Positions 1 through 9,110 are shown, counted from the stretch's first letter. The stretch: DNA of 35,751 nucleotides from Eubacteriales bacterium (GCA_045629765.1 JAZQRW010000058.1:1-35751), one strand, 5' to 3'. Translations and numbers: made by a program. Notes: generated by a model not told the origin, from the letters alone.

Positions 1-792
1 GGCGAGCAGGTAACCGCTATAATTCCTATCACGGAATTCACAGAGGGCGAATACCTCACCATGATAACCAAGCGAGGCGTAACAAAGAGAACTCTTCTTA
101 CCGACTTTGAGTATCAGAGGAAGGGTGGTAAGATAGCTATCAATCTTGACGAGGGTGACGAGCTTATCTTCGTAAGACACACCGTAGGTGACGAGAGCCT
201 TATTATTGCAACCAGAAACGGTCTTGCAGTAAGATTTGACGAGAACAACGTGCGTGCTATGGGTAGAGCCGCAAGAGGTGTAAGAGGTATTACACTTCAG
301 GGTGACGACTACGTAGTAGGCGTTGCGGTTGTTGACGAGAGTAAGACTCTTCTTACCGTAACCGAGGGCGGTATGGGTAAGAGAACTAAGTTCGAGGACT
401 TCCGCGAGATGAAGCATCGTGGCGGTAAGGGTGTAACCTGTCAGAATATTACCGAGAAATCCGGTAAGCTCGCAACGGTAATCACTGTAAGCGAGGACGA
501 CGATATTATGATTATCACCAACGAGGGTACGATAATCAGAACAGCGGCGGCAAACATCAACGTATATTCAAGAGCCGCTACCGGTGTAATTATTATGCGT
601 CTTAACGAGGGGAACACAATCATCAACGTCGCAAGACTTGAGAAGGCTGAGGATATTGAAGCAGAGAGCGCTTCACTCGACGAGCAGATACAAAACGAGG
701 TGGCGGAAGCTCCTAAGAATGTAGAAAAGGTAGTGCTCGACGATGAAAATAACGCTGATGAGGTGTCCGACGCGCAAGAGGAAAACGAGTAA
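1..792 (+). CDS. gyrA: DNA gyrase subunit A, C-terminal beta-pinwheel region (5'-truncated by window edge)
   Basis: Frame is open from base 1 (GEQVTAIIP...). Repeated pinwheel-blade motifs (RKGGKIAI, RAARGVRGI, RGGKGVTC, RAATGVIIM) and an acidic C-terminal tail typical of GyrA. ParC cannot be fully excluded without the N-terminal part. Confidence 0.88.
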   Translation, partial: GEQVTAIIPITEFTEGEYLTMITKRGVTKRTLLTDFEYQRKGGKIAINLDEGDELIFVRHTVGDESLIIATRNGLAVRFDENNVRAMGRAARGVRGITLQGDDYVVGVAVVDESKTLLTVTEGGMGKRTKFEDFREMKHRGGKGVTCQNITEKSGKLATVITVSEDDDIMIITNEGTIIRTAAANINVYSRAATGVIIMRLNEGNTIINVARLEKAEDIEAESASLDEQIQNEVAEAPKNVEKVVLDDENNADEVSDAQEENE

Positions 793-1466
793 TGTTTACT
801 AAAAAAACAAAGTATAGTTTACAAAAACTCGCTAGTTTGCTTCTGGTTTTAACTTTAATGTTCACAAGCCTTGCGTTTGTATCTTGTAATAAGAATGAGA
901 TAGAGTATGATGAGGAAGAGGTGCTTAAGGCAGCTGAGAAGCTCCTTAAAAACGCTGAAATCGTTAACTCAGTCTTTTATGGAAACGGTATAGGATACTT
1001 AGAAGGCGGAAATCAGAACGGCGTATACTGTGAGGCAAATTACGCGCATCTTTACTCGTTTGGATTTCGCTCGCTGAGCGATATGAAGACACTGTGTCAA
1101 GACACCTATTCCGAGGGAATATCGTATATGATATTTGCTGCAACGGTAGACGTGTCGGTAGACGGCTCCGGTAATTATCTGATTGCCAGATATTACGTAC
1201 CCGATAAAGAGCCTGATAGGCTTATGGTAAATACGAATTACAAGCAGATTTTCGACGATAAGATGACTATTGATTACACCACCTTAAAAATCGAGGGGGC
1301 GGAAAAAGATAGAATTAAGTTAACCGTAACGGCAAGTGTTTATAGCCTTGATGAAAGCAAAACAGAGCCGCAAACGGTAATCTTAAACGTCTATTTAGTT
1401 GAAGAAATGCGCGGATACAGGATAGATAACTTCGTGTTTGCAAACTACAATGATGCATTAAACTGA
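792..1466 (+). CDS. Hypothetical lipoprotein
   Basis: Basic N-terminus, hydrophobic stretch and lipobox-like LAFVS-C. The ATG overlaps the gyrA stop (TAATG). Confidence 0.7.
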   Translation: MFTKKTKYSLQKLASLLLVLTLMFTSLAFVSCNKNEIEYDEEEVLKAAEKLLKNAEIVNSVFYGNGIGYLEGGNQNGVYCEANYAHLYSFGFRSLSDMKTLCQDTYSEGISYMIFAATVDVSVDGSGNYLIARYYVPDKEPDRLMVNTNYKQIFDDKMTIDYTTLKIEGAEKDRIKLTVTASVYSLDESKTEPQTVILNVYLVEEMRGYRIDNFVFANYNDALN

Positions 1467-1535
1467 TTTAAAAGGCAAAAGCCGATTTAATAAAATAATT
1501 TTAAACCACTTTCAAAGGTGGAAAGGAGAAATAAA

Positions 1536-2108
1536 ATGACCTTTAAAGAAAAACTCGTTAAACTGAGAAAGCTCAAGGGCATTACGCAGGACGAATTCGC
1601 AAGTGCTGTGGGTGTTTCAAGACAGGCAGTCTACAAATGGGAGAGCGGACAGTCTTATCCTGAAGTTGCAAAGCTTCTTGAAATCAAGTACTTGTTCGAC
1701 ATCAGCATTGATGACCTTCTCGATGAGAACTATGAGGTAATTCTTCCCGAAAAGAAGAAGAGAAGAAGACTCTCTAAGGAGGCTAAGGCTCAGATTGAGG
1801 CACAGGTAGCAAAGGAAGAAAACGGAGATGTAACTCCCGTTATCACTGAGGTTATCGAGGAAATCGTTGCAGCTAAGGAAGAGCCCGTTGCAGCACCCGT
1901 AGTTGAAGCAGCACCTGTTGCAGAGGCAGCACCCGTAGTTGAGGCAGCACCTGTTGTAGAAGCAGCACCTGCTCCTAAGAAGCCTGCTCCCAAGAAGGTT
2001 GAGAAGGTGGCTGCTCCTAAGGCAGAGCCTGTAAAGGAGAAGGAGCCTGCAATCGACGGAACTCAGAGAAAGAATAGCTTCTTTAGCAAATTCTTTGGCA
2101 ATAAATAA
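1536..2108 (+). CDS. XRE/Cro-family HTH protein with Ala/Pro/Val/Glu-rich linker and C-terminal amphipathic tail
   Basis: LVKLRKLKGITQDEFASAVGVSRQAVYKWESGQSYP is a typical HTH_3 motif. AAGGAG RBS precedes ATG 1536 (the track uses GTG 1518). Ends NSFFSKFFGNK. Confidence 0.85.
   Translation: MTFKEKLVKLRKLKGITQDEFASAVGVSRQAVYKWESGQSYPEVAKLLEIKYLFDISIDDLLDENYEVILPEKKKRRRLSKEAKAQIEAQVAKEENGDVTPVITEVIEEIVAAKEEPVAAPVVEAAPVAEAAPVVEAAPVVEAAPAPKKPAPKKVEKVAAPKAEPVKEKEPAIDGTQRKNSFFSKFFGNK
1890..1973 (+). repeat. In-frame 18-bp tandem repeat encoding AAPV(V/A)E, ~4.5 copies
   Basis: GCAGCACC(C/T)GT... units start at 1890, 1908, 1926, 1944 and 1962. Confidence 0.9.
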
Positions 2109-2125
2109 GATTTTTTGAATAATTT

Positions 2126-2173
2126 AGAGGGATTTGCCCGTTTTAAGTAAAATCTTGGACGGGTAGTCCTTCT
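2126..2173 (+). terminator. Probable intrinsic terminator after the gyrA-lipoprotein-HTH run
   Basis: Imperfect stem AGAGGGATTTGCCCGT...ACGGGTAGTCCTTCT with a T-run shortly downstream. Confidence 0.55.
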
Positions 2174-2312
2174 TGCGCTTTTTTTCAAAATGGCGTAAAT
2201 AATAGTTAGAATTTTGATACTTTAAATAGGACTTTTTTGGAATAAAACTTTACACTCTTGACTATAATTCTCCTGCTGGTAAATAAAAAGTGAGGAGAAG
2301 TTTTTTAATTTT

Positions 2313-2588
2313 ATGTTAAGGGGTTATCAGAAGAAAATTATTTTTCTTAAAAATATAGGAAGCGATGTGTTTGACGAGGCTTATCTCGTCGTCAACGACA
2401 AGTACGAAAGTAAAAAGTTCATTAAAAAAGATATGATTCACGAGGCGGAGAAAATTATAAACGAGAGCCTCGATAGGAAATGCGGCAGACATAAAATTAG
2501 CAAGAAAACACTGTTATGTATAACGGTAAGCTTTTTAATAGGTGCAATTTTAGGGGTTAGTGGATGTCTTGCCATAGTAATTTTTTAG
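2313..2588 (+). CDS. Small hypothetical protein with C-terminal TM helix
   Basis: 91-aa ORF with a hydrophobic C-terminus (LLCITVSFLIGAILGVSGCLAIVIF), GAGGAG upstream and 3 bp before rnj. Confidence 0.7.
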   Translation: MLRGYQKKIIFLKNIGSDVFDEAYLVVNDKYESKKFIKKDMIHEAEKIINESLDRKCGRHKISKKTLLCITVSFLIGAILGVSGCLAIVIF

Positions 2589-2591
2589 CTT

Positions 2592-4292
2592 ATGAAAGAT
2601 AGATATATGAAAAAAGAAAATAAAAAAAGAAGCTCGTTACCGCTTCGCGTGATGTGCCTTGGTGGTTTACAGGAAATCGGTAAAAACATGACCGTCCTTG
2701 AATACGGTGACGATATTATAATTATAGACTGCGGTATGGGATTTCCCGATGAGGATATGCCCGGTGTTGACTTGGTTATTCCCGACGTTAGCTATCTTGT
2801 GGCAAACGCTCATAAAATCAAGGGACTTCTTATCACACACGGACACGAGGACCATATCGGTGCTGTGCCTTACGTGCTTTCACAAATCAACGTGCCGGTT
2901 TACGGTACAAGATTATCACTTGGAATTATAGAGGGAAAGCTGGAGGAGCATTCCCTGCCGTGCGAGCCTGAGCTTTATACGGTTGAGGCAGGAGATACTG
3001 TAAATCTTGGTGTGTTTAAGGCGGAATTTATACACGTCAACCACTCTATTGCCGATGCGTGTGCCATTTCTATAACTACACCGCACGGAGTAGTGTTCCA
3101 CACGGGCGATTTTAAGCTAGACGTGTCGCCAATAGATGGCAAAATAATGGATATTACCAGAATCGGAGAGATAGGCAGAAAGGGTGTAAAGCTCCTGCTA
3201 TGCGAGTCCACCAATGCAGAAAGACCGGGATATACACCATCTGAAAGAGCTGTAGGATCTTCACTTGCTCGTATATTCAGTCAGTATGAGGAAAAAAGAC
3301 TTATCATCGCGACCTTCTCGTCTAATGTTCACAGGGTTCAGCAGATAATCAACGCATCTGCAGCGCACGGAAGAAAGGTTGCGATACTCGGACGCAGTAT
3401 GATTAACGTAATAGGCGCGGCGGTAGAGCTAGGATATATGGAATTACCCGACGACGTTCTTATCGACATTGCTGATATGAAAAGATATAAGCCGGGGCAA
3501 ATCACGCTTATTACAACCGGTAGCCAAGGGGAGCCTATGTCGGCGCTTTACAGAATAGCCTTCTCTGAGCATCCGCAAATCAAGCTTGCACCAAGCGACG
3601 TAGTGGTATTATCCTCCTCGGCAATCCCCGGAAACGAAAGACTCGTCGGCAGGATTATAAACGCCCTCATTAGCAGTGGAGTTAAGGTTGTGAACGACTC
3701 AGTCGAGGACGTACACGTATCGGGACACGCCTGCCGTGAGGAAATTAAGCTTATGATGGCTCTTTTGAAGCCGGAATACCTCTTCCCTATTCACGGAGAA
3801 TACAGACACCTCTACGCTAATAAGGAAATAGGTGAGTTCATGGGCATTGAGCCGAAGAATATATTTATCGGTGAGCTTGGTAAGGTGCTGGAGATTAACA
3901 AAAACAGCGCTAAATGGCAGGGAGAAGTGCCTGCAGGCAAGGTTCTTGTCGATGGTTCGGGTGTTGGAGACATTGGCTCGGTCGTGCTTCGAGACAGAAA
4001 GCATTTGGCAGAGGACGGACTCGTGGTTGTGGTTGCGACGGTAGATATGGAGAATGGTCTTCTCGTATCAGGCCCTGACATCATCTCGCGCGGATTTGTT
4101 TACGTAAAGGAATCCGAGGAGCTTATGAAACGCGTTAAGACAGTTGCAGAGAGCGCAATCAACCGCGTGCTTACGAAGCGTACTTATGACTGGGCGTTAA
4201 TCAAGGGCACAATCCGCGACGACCTTGCAAAGTTTATTTTCAAGGAAACTAAGCGTAAGCCAATGATTTTACCATCAATTATGAATATATAA
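2592..4292 (+). CDS. rnj: Ribonuclease J (MBL/beta-CASP)
   Basis: LGGLQEIGKNM, THGHEDHIG, HTGDFK, TGSQGEP, HVSGHA and PIHGE motifs. The start may be ATG 2607. Confidence 0.97.
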   Translation: MKDRYMKKENKKRSSLPLRVMCLGGLQEIGKNMTVLEYGDDIIIIDCGMGFPDEDMPGVDLVIPDVSYLVANAHKIKGLLITHGHEDHIGAVPYVLSQINVPVYGTRLSLGIIEGKLEEHSLPCEPELYTVEAGDTVNLGVFKAEFIHVNHSIADACAISITTPHGVVFHTGDFKLDVSPIDGKIMDITRIGEIGRKGVKLLLCESTNAERPGYTPSERAVGSSLARIFSQYEEKRLIIATFSSNVHRVQQIINASAAHGRKVAILGRSMINVIGAAVELGYMELPDDVLIDIADMKRYKPGQITLITTGSQGEPMSALYRIAFSEHPQIKLAPSDVVVLSSSAIPGNERLVGRIINALISSGVKVVNDSVEDVHVSGHACREEIKLMMALLKPEYLFPIHGEYRHLYANKEIGEFMGIEPKNIFIGELGKVLEINKNSAKWQGEVPAGKVLVDGSGVGDIGSVVLRDRKHLAEDGLVVVVATVDMENGLLVSGPDIISRGFVYVKESEELMKRVKTVAESAINRVLTKRTYDWALIKGTIRDDLAKFIFKETKRKPMILPSIMNI

Positions 4293-4299
4293 ATAAAAC

Positions 4300-4347
4300 G
4301 GCGGAGTTGAATAGAGAGCTTAGTCTCACTACTTAGCTCCGCCTTTT
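4300..4347 (+). terminator. Intrinsic terminator after rnj
   Basis: GGCGGAG...CTCCGCC stem followed by TTTT. Confidence 0.75.
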
Positions 4348-4401
4348 CATATATAAATGAAAAATAAATATAAATAAAAAATTAACTTTTTGGTAAAGTG
4401 C

Positions 4402-4430
4402 TTGAACTGCGACGAATTTTAAGGTATACT
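4402..4430 (+). promoter_or_regulatory. SigA-type promoter
   Basis: TTGAAC-17bp-TATACT upstream of the GGAG RBS of ORF 4459. Confidence 0.6.
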
Positions 4431-4458
4431 AGCAGTAGAATACATAAATGGAGAGCAT

Positions 4459-5028
4459 ATGTTAATAGAATTTTACAATAAAATATTTAATATTAACTTA
4501 AGCGACTATGAAAATATCGGAGGAAATTTCCCGATAAACAAAATTCTCTTTTTGATTACGGTTGCTCTTTGTGTGGCTTACGTTATAATCGAACTGCAGA
4601 AAAAAAGCTCGCAGGATGTGGTAAAGCAGTTAACAAGACACGAGGCTAACACTGAGGAGTCAGCTGTAACGCTTGAAGAAATAGGTCTACATAAGGCGTT
4701 TTTGGTTAAAATGCTTTTGAAATCCGATACGTCGTTCCTTAGCCGATTAGTTAAGCGCGTTGGAAAGGTTGAGTATACGTATGAGGAATACGTAGAGTTG
4801 CAAAAGGCAAAAAAGCTTCCGAAAGAAACGATAGATTTTAGCACTGCGCGCTTTTATCTTGATGTCGGGCAGGAGGAACGCAGAAAGCATATTACAGATA
4901 GTTATACTCCGTCGATTTTGCGTATGGTGTTGCTCTGCTTGCTGATGCTGGTAATTTATATCTGCATAGCGCTCGCTATGCCTGAAATTCTGTCATTTAT
5001 AAATTCATCTCTTGCAAGCACACTTTAA
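4459..5028 (+). CDS. Hypothetical membrane protein (two TM segments flanking a soluble loop)
   Basis: Hydrophobic segments ILFLITVALCVAYVII and MVLLCLLMLVIYICIALAM. Own promoter, RBS and downstream hairpin. Confidence 0.75.
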   Translation: MLIEFYNKIFNINLSDYENIGGNFPINKILFLITVALCVAYVIIELQKKSSQDVVKQLTRHEANTEESAVTLEEIGLHKAFLVKMLLKSDTSFLSRLVKRVGKVEYTYEEYVELQKAKKLPKETIDFSTARFYLDVGQEERRKHITDSYTPSILRMVLLCLLMLVIYICIALAMPEILSFINSSLASTL

Positions 5029-5033
5029 TAAAA

Positions 5034-5076
5034 CACGCTCATCTAAACTCTTAAATCGGGTTAAGGTGGGCGTCTT
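5034..5076 (+). terminator. Possible terminator hairpin
   Basis: ACGCTCATCT...AGGTGGGCGT stem with G-U pairs; weak U-tract. Confidence 0.45.
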
Positions 5077-5105
5077 CATATTTTTGTAAAAATTTCACTA
5101 CACTA

Positions 5106-5134
5106 TTGCAAGACTTTAAAATATGTGATATAAT
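5106..5134 (+). promoter_or_regulatory. SigA-type promoter with extended -10
   Basis: TTGCAA-17bp-TATAAT, with TG at 5126-5127. Confidence 0.7.
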
Positions 5135-5163
5135 GAAATAAAAATATTTCTCTGAGGTGTTTT

Positions 5164-6054
5164 ATGAAAGCAAAAAGAGGTTTATTTAGTTACGTAAAAG
5201 AGGTTGTTTATCTATTCTTACATATAGTATTATTCTATTTGTTGCCGATTAAGATTGAGTTGAACGAAGCGCCTAAAATTGTGGTTATTCAATTCTTCCT
5301 TACTTTCATCTTCGGTCTTATGATGGGCGGATTTATTCGCAAGACAGAAAAGTTCTGGTATCCTATCGTTGTTACAGGCGTATATTTGCCTAGTGTATTC
5401 GTTTACTTTGGCAAGGAGAATTTGCTCTTCTGCCTTTGGATTTTTATTGCCTCATTCCTTGGTGTAATATTCGGTCAGCTTGCGCTTAAGCCTAAGAATA
5501 CAAGCCCTGATAATAGCCAGAAGAAGAATAAGGCTAATGAAAAGAAAGCAAAGAAGCAGGCTGAGAGTGACATAGCTGCTCTTAAGGCGCTTGATAGTCT
5601 TAACGAGATGAAGAAGGTTGGAAATACAATTCCGGCTGAATTTGATATAACGGATAACGATATTGTACCGGATGTTGAAGTTTCGGTTAAAGGTGGTTTC
5701 TTCAAGAGATTTACCGCAAGCTTGAAGCGCTCAATGGACGAAAATAAAGCAAAAAAAAACGAAAAAAGAGCAAAAAAACTGAAACCAAATAAAGGTGTGG
5801 TTGAAGGCTATAGCAATAAAGAGGTAAAAGCGCAAGGACTCAAGGAAGAGTTCGGTAAGGATTATAAGAAACCACAGGGTAACACTACCGGTACAGCGAG
5901 CACTCCTCAAAGCAGTGACGACGGTCAGAAGGCTTTCTTCACTGACGAGCATCAGCGTCAAGGCGCATTCCTTTTTAACCACAAGGTTGAGGGTAATAAC
6001 GACAACAATGTGGAATTAAAATCAAGCGTGCAGAAGGATGAAAAAGATAATTAA
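5164..6054 (+). CDS. Hypothetical membrane protein, ~4 N-terminal TM helices plus long Lys-rich hydrophilic tail
   Basis: Hydrophobic first ~105 aa and a charged low-complexity remainder. GAGGTG RBS. Confidence 0.75.
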   Translation: MKAKRGLFSYVKEVVYLFLHIVLFYLLPIKIELNEAPKIVVIQFFLTFIFGLMMGGFIRKTEKFWYPIVVTGVYLPSVFVYFGKENLLFCLWIFIASFLGVIFGQLALKPKNTSPDNSQKKNKANEKKAKKQAESDIAALKALDSLNEMKKVGNTIPAEFDITDNDIVPDVEVSVKGGFFKRFTASLKRSMDENKAKKNEKRAKKLKPNKGVVEGYSNKEVKAQGLKEEFGKDYKKPQGNTTGTASTPQSSDDGQKAFFTDEHQRQGAFLFNHKVEGNNDNNVELKSSVQKDEKDN

Positions 6055-6095
6055 CTGCACAAAATGTAAACTATTATAGTCAAATAAACATATAT

Positions 6096-6147
6096 AAAAG
6101 AGCTAACTAGAGTAGGAGAAAATCCTGTATCTAATTAGCTCTTTTTT
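6096..6147. terminator. Bidirectional intrinsic terminator between ORF 5164 and parB
   Basis: AAAAGAGCTAA...TTAGCTCTTTT long stem with A-run before and T-run after, between convergent genes. Confidence 0.75.
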
Positions 6148-6240
6148 GTGTAAAACGGGGGTGGCAAGCGAAACAGAAATAAGTAGGGGTGCGTGTAAAA
6201 TTTTAAAAATAAAGCGTGAAAGAAAAATGGGGTACAGAGC

Positions 6241-6275
6241 GAGAGAAGTTAGAGAGGGTGAGAGAAGTTAGAGAG
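6241..6275. repeat. Purine-rich direct repeat GAGAGAAGTTAGAGAG x2 (19-bp period)
   Basis: Identical 16-mers at 6241 and 6260. Confidence 0.8.
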
Positions 6276-6387
6276 CGAGAAAAATAAAAAAGCAATGATG
6301 TACAAGGGTATAAATTCCCTTATAATCATTGCTTTCAAAAAATCAAAATTGAGTTTTTCCCTATGCAACAGCTTTCGTAAAGATGTC

Positions 6388-7281
6388 TTATTCCTCGATG
6401 AATTTATCACCGCAGAGAATGCGTAAGATTTCCTCAAGGTCCTCGTTGTCCTCATAGAAGAGTGTCAAGGTCTTCTTTCTTCCCTTTTCTTTTATTTCAG
6501 CCTTTCTGCCAAGCTCTCTTTGAATTTTCAATTCAAGCTCACGGAAATAGTCAACGAACGGAATTGCTTCTTCCTCTTCCTTGACAACCTCTTTTTTAGG
6601 CTTATTTGCCTGCTTAACGGCTTCCTCAAGTTGTCTTACCGACCAATCTTGCTCAGAGGCGTATTGGGCTAAAAGAAGCATATTATCCCTGTCCTTAACA
6701 CCGAGAAGCGTTCTTGCGTGGCCTGCGCTGAGCTCCTTAACGGCAACCATGTTAAGAATTTCTTCGGGAAGGTCAAGTAGGCGCATGGAGTTTGCAATAG
6801 CGCTACGGCTCTTACCAACCTTAAAGGAAAGTATCTCTTGAGTCATACCGTATTCGTTCTGTAATGAGCGGTATGCCATGGCTTCTTCGATAGGGTTTAA
6901 ATCTTCGCGCTGAATGTTCTCAATAAGCGCAATTTGTGCGGTATCTGCATCGCTCTTGTCAAGAATTATAGATGGAATTTCGCTAAGCCCTGCAAGCCTT
7001 GATGCGCGGTAGCGACGCTCGCCGGCGATGATCTGATATCTGCCTTCACCGTATTCGCGTACCAAAATTGGCTGCAAAAGGCCGTTTTCCTTTATGGATA
7101 CTGCAAGCTCTTCAAGAGAAGCTTTATCAAAAAACTTTCTGGGCTGGTCGCCTTTAGGGTCAATGAGTGATATTTTAAGGAGATTTATAACGTTTTCGTT
7201 CTTTTCTTCCTCATAGGTAGTGTTATTCAAAAAAATAGCATCAAGACCTCTGCCAAGGCCGCTGTTTTTCTTTTTAGGCAT
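6388..7281 (-). CDS. parB: Chromosome partitioning protein ParB/Spo0J
   Basis: N-terminal GLGRGLDAIF ParA-activating peptide, QPR, IIAGERRYRA CTPase motif, ENIQREDLN and HTH GKSRSAIAN. GGAGG RBS favours ATG 7281 over 7308. Confidence 0.96.
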   Translation of the reverse strand: MPKKKNSGLGRGLDAIFLNNTTYEEEKNENVINLLKISLIDPKGDQPRKFFDKASLEELAVSIKENGLLQPILVREYGEGRYQIIAGERRYRASRLAGLSEIPSIILDKSDADTAQIALIENIQREDLNPIEEAMAYRSLQNEYGMTQEILSFKVGKSRSAIANSMRLLDLPEEILNMVAVKELSAGHARTLLGVKDRDNMLLLAQYASEQDWSVRQLEEAVKQANKPKKEVVKEEEEAIPFVDYFRELELKIQRELGRKAEIKEKGRKKTLTLFYEDNEDLEEILRILCGDKFIEE

Positions 7282-7435
7282 GTTAAATTCCTCCGGATGA
7301 TAATGCAAAATAATATGAAAATTGGTAAAATTAGTAAATGTTTTATTAAATTACATTTACCCAACGTGGCAATAAATGGGGAAATAATCTGTAAAATTCG
7401 TGACATAAGTTGTAAAATAGTATAGAATATAAACT

Positions 7436-7463
7436 ATAATACAAAACTTATAAACATTGTCAA
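7436..7463 (-). promoter_or_regulatory. Possible internal promoter for parB
   Basis: Minus strand TTGACA-16bp-TATTAT in the AT-rich parA-parB gap. Confidence 0.45.
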
Positions 7464-7532
7464 CAATTTAATGTGGAAAAGTCAAATAAATATTAAACAC
7501 AAAAATCTATATGTAATATTCTGGTTAAAACA

Positions 7533-8300
7533 TCAAATGCGCATCATTAACTCTTTAACAACAGCAGCATATTCAAGCGCACCCTTGCAATAGGGATCGT
7601 GATAACAGATAGGTTCTCCGTACGATGGCGCCTCCGAAAGGCGAACAGTGCGTGAAATGGGGACTTTGAATAGGATATCGGAGTAGTATTTTCTAAGTTC
7701 GGATACTACCTGGGTGGTCAAAGTGAGTCTACCATTGTACATCGTGAGTAAAATACCAACTATCTGTAGATTTGGGTTGTGTATTTGTCTAATCTTTTTG
7801 ACTGTATTTAAGAGCTGCGACATACCCTCAAGTGAGTAAAACTCGCATTGCATTGGGATTACCACGCCATCGGAAGATGAGAGTGCCTTTACGGTTAGCA
7901 TTCCGAGCGATGGTGGGCAGTCGATGAATATGTAATCATACTGATCTCTAAGAGAATCAAGGCCGATTTTGGTAAAGTTTTGATCTTCTTCAAGCTCGTA
8001 AAGCTCAAGCTCTGCGCCTGCAAGGTCAATGTTTGCAGGAATAACGCTTAAGTTCTTGAATTTTGTCTTGATTATCGCTTCTTCAATAGAGATATTTCCT
8101 ATGATAACGTCGTAAATGGTCTTTTTTAACTTGGATTTTTGAATACCAAGACCGCTCGTTGCATTGCCCTGAGGGTCTAAATCCACTAAAAGCACTTTTT
8201 TGTTGTGTTTATTCGCGATTTGTGCCGCGATATTTACACATGATGTGGTTTTTCCAACACCGCCTTTTTGGTTTGAAAATGAAACAATTTTTGCCGGCAT
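7533..8300 (-). CDS. parA: Chromosome partitioning ATPase ParA/Soj
   Basis: NQKGGVGKTT deviant Walker A, DLDPQGNAT, IDCPPSLG and RLSEAPSYG. Confidence 0.97.
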   Translation of the reverse strand: MPAKIVSFSNQKGGVGKTTSCVNIAAQIANKHNKKVLLVDLDPQGNATSGLGIQKSKLKKTIYDVIIGNISIEEAIIKTKFKNLSVIPANIDLAGAELELYELEEDQNFTKIGLDSLRDQYDYIFIDCPPSLGMLTVKALSSSDGVVIPMQCEFYSLEGMSQLLNTVKKIRQIHNPNLQIVGILLTMYNGRLTLTTQVVSELRKYYSDILFKVPISRTVRLSEAPSYGEPICYHDPYCKGALEYAAVVKELMMRI

Positions 8301-8333
8301 AATCTTCTCCTAGCTTTTTACATATACACATAT

Positions 8334-8362
8334 ATTATAGCATTATCGGCTAAATAAGTCAA
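8334..8362 (-). promoter_or_regulatory. SigA promoter of parA
   Basis: Minus strand TTGACT-17bp-TATAAT with TG extended -10. Confidence 0.75.
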
Positions 8363-8433
8363 TATGTGTATGATATTTTGCAATAAAATAGTGAGAACAG
8401 ACACATAAGCATTGTATAAGTGAAAAAACATAA

Positions 8434-8449
8434 TGTTTCACGTGAAACA
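8434..8449. promoter_or_regulatory. parS: parS centromere site 1
   Basis: Perfect palindrome TGTTTCACGTGAAACA (extends to 20 bp, 8432-8451), matching the universal chromosomal parS consensus. Confidence 0.95.
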
Positions 8450-8657
8450 TTGCGAAATAGGGGTGTAGATAAACAAATGTAGTCTGAAAAAGATGCTAGA
8501 AAGTATAGACAAACACAAATATCCAAAAATAAGGAGCAAAAGCCACTGATAAGGCGTGAAATTGTACAAGCAAAGCTAAACAAGAGAGATGAAAACGTAA
8601 ATAAGGCGCTAAAACTCAAAATTAAGGTATAATAAGCGCGACTAGATACGAAACAAT

Positions 8658-8805
8658 GCAATAGAGATTAAAAGAATGTAAACAGTGTTGACACAAGGCG
8701 CGTAACGGGTACAGACTACACGCAAAACGACGCAATAGAGATTAAAAGAATGTAAAAAGTGTTGACACAAAGCACGTAATGGGTACAGACTACACACAAA
8801 ACGAC
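8658..8805. repeat. 74-bp tandem duplication (2 copies, 5 mismatches)
   Basis: GCAATAGAGATTAAAAGAATGTAAA...CAAAACGAC at 8658 and 8732. Confidence 0.92.
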
Positions 8806-8867
8806 GCAAAACGAGGTGAAAATAGCACGAAAAGATGCAAAACGAGGTGAAAATAGCACGAAAAGAT
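8806..8867. repeat. 31-bp perfect tandem duplication
   Basis: GCAAAACGAGGTGAAAATAGCACGAAAAGAT at 8806 and 8837. Confidence 0.92.
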
Positions 8868-9110
8868 GCGAATCGGGTGGGAGAAATGTAAAATATGGAG
8901 ATCTAGCTTTCGAATAGTGATTTGACTAACACAAATAAGGGTGTTGCAATTTAAATCGAACAGCCCGCTGCGTGTGCGCTTTGTAAGCAAGCCTTCCTTT
9001 GCTTTTATGAAAAAAGGTATAGATGATTTTTGAAGACTGCTTCGCTATGAAGCATAAGGTTAGGTGCGATACCTATTTATAACGTTTGAACCTTGCAAAA
9101 TAAGTCAACA

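Noticed and set aside
1536-2108. Prophage or toxin-antitoxin origin of the XRE gene
   Set aside because: No integrase, phage or toxin genes nearby; codon usage resembles the highly expressed core genes.
8688-8790. Promoters from TTGACA inside each 74-bp repeat unit
   Set aside because: No acceptable -10 at 16-18 bp.
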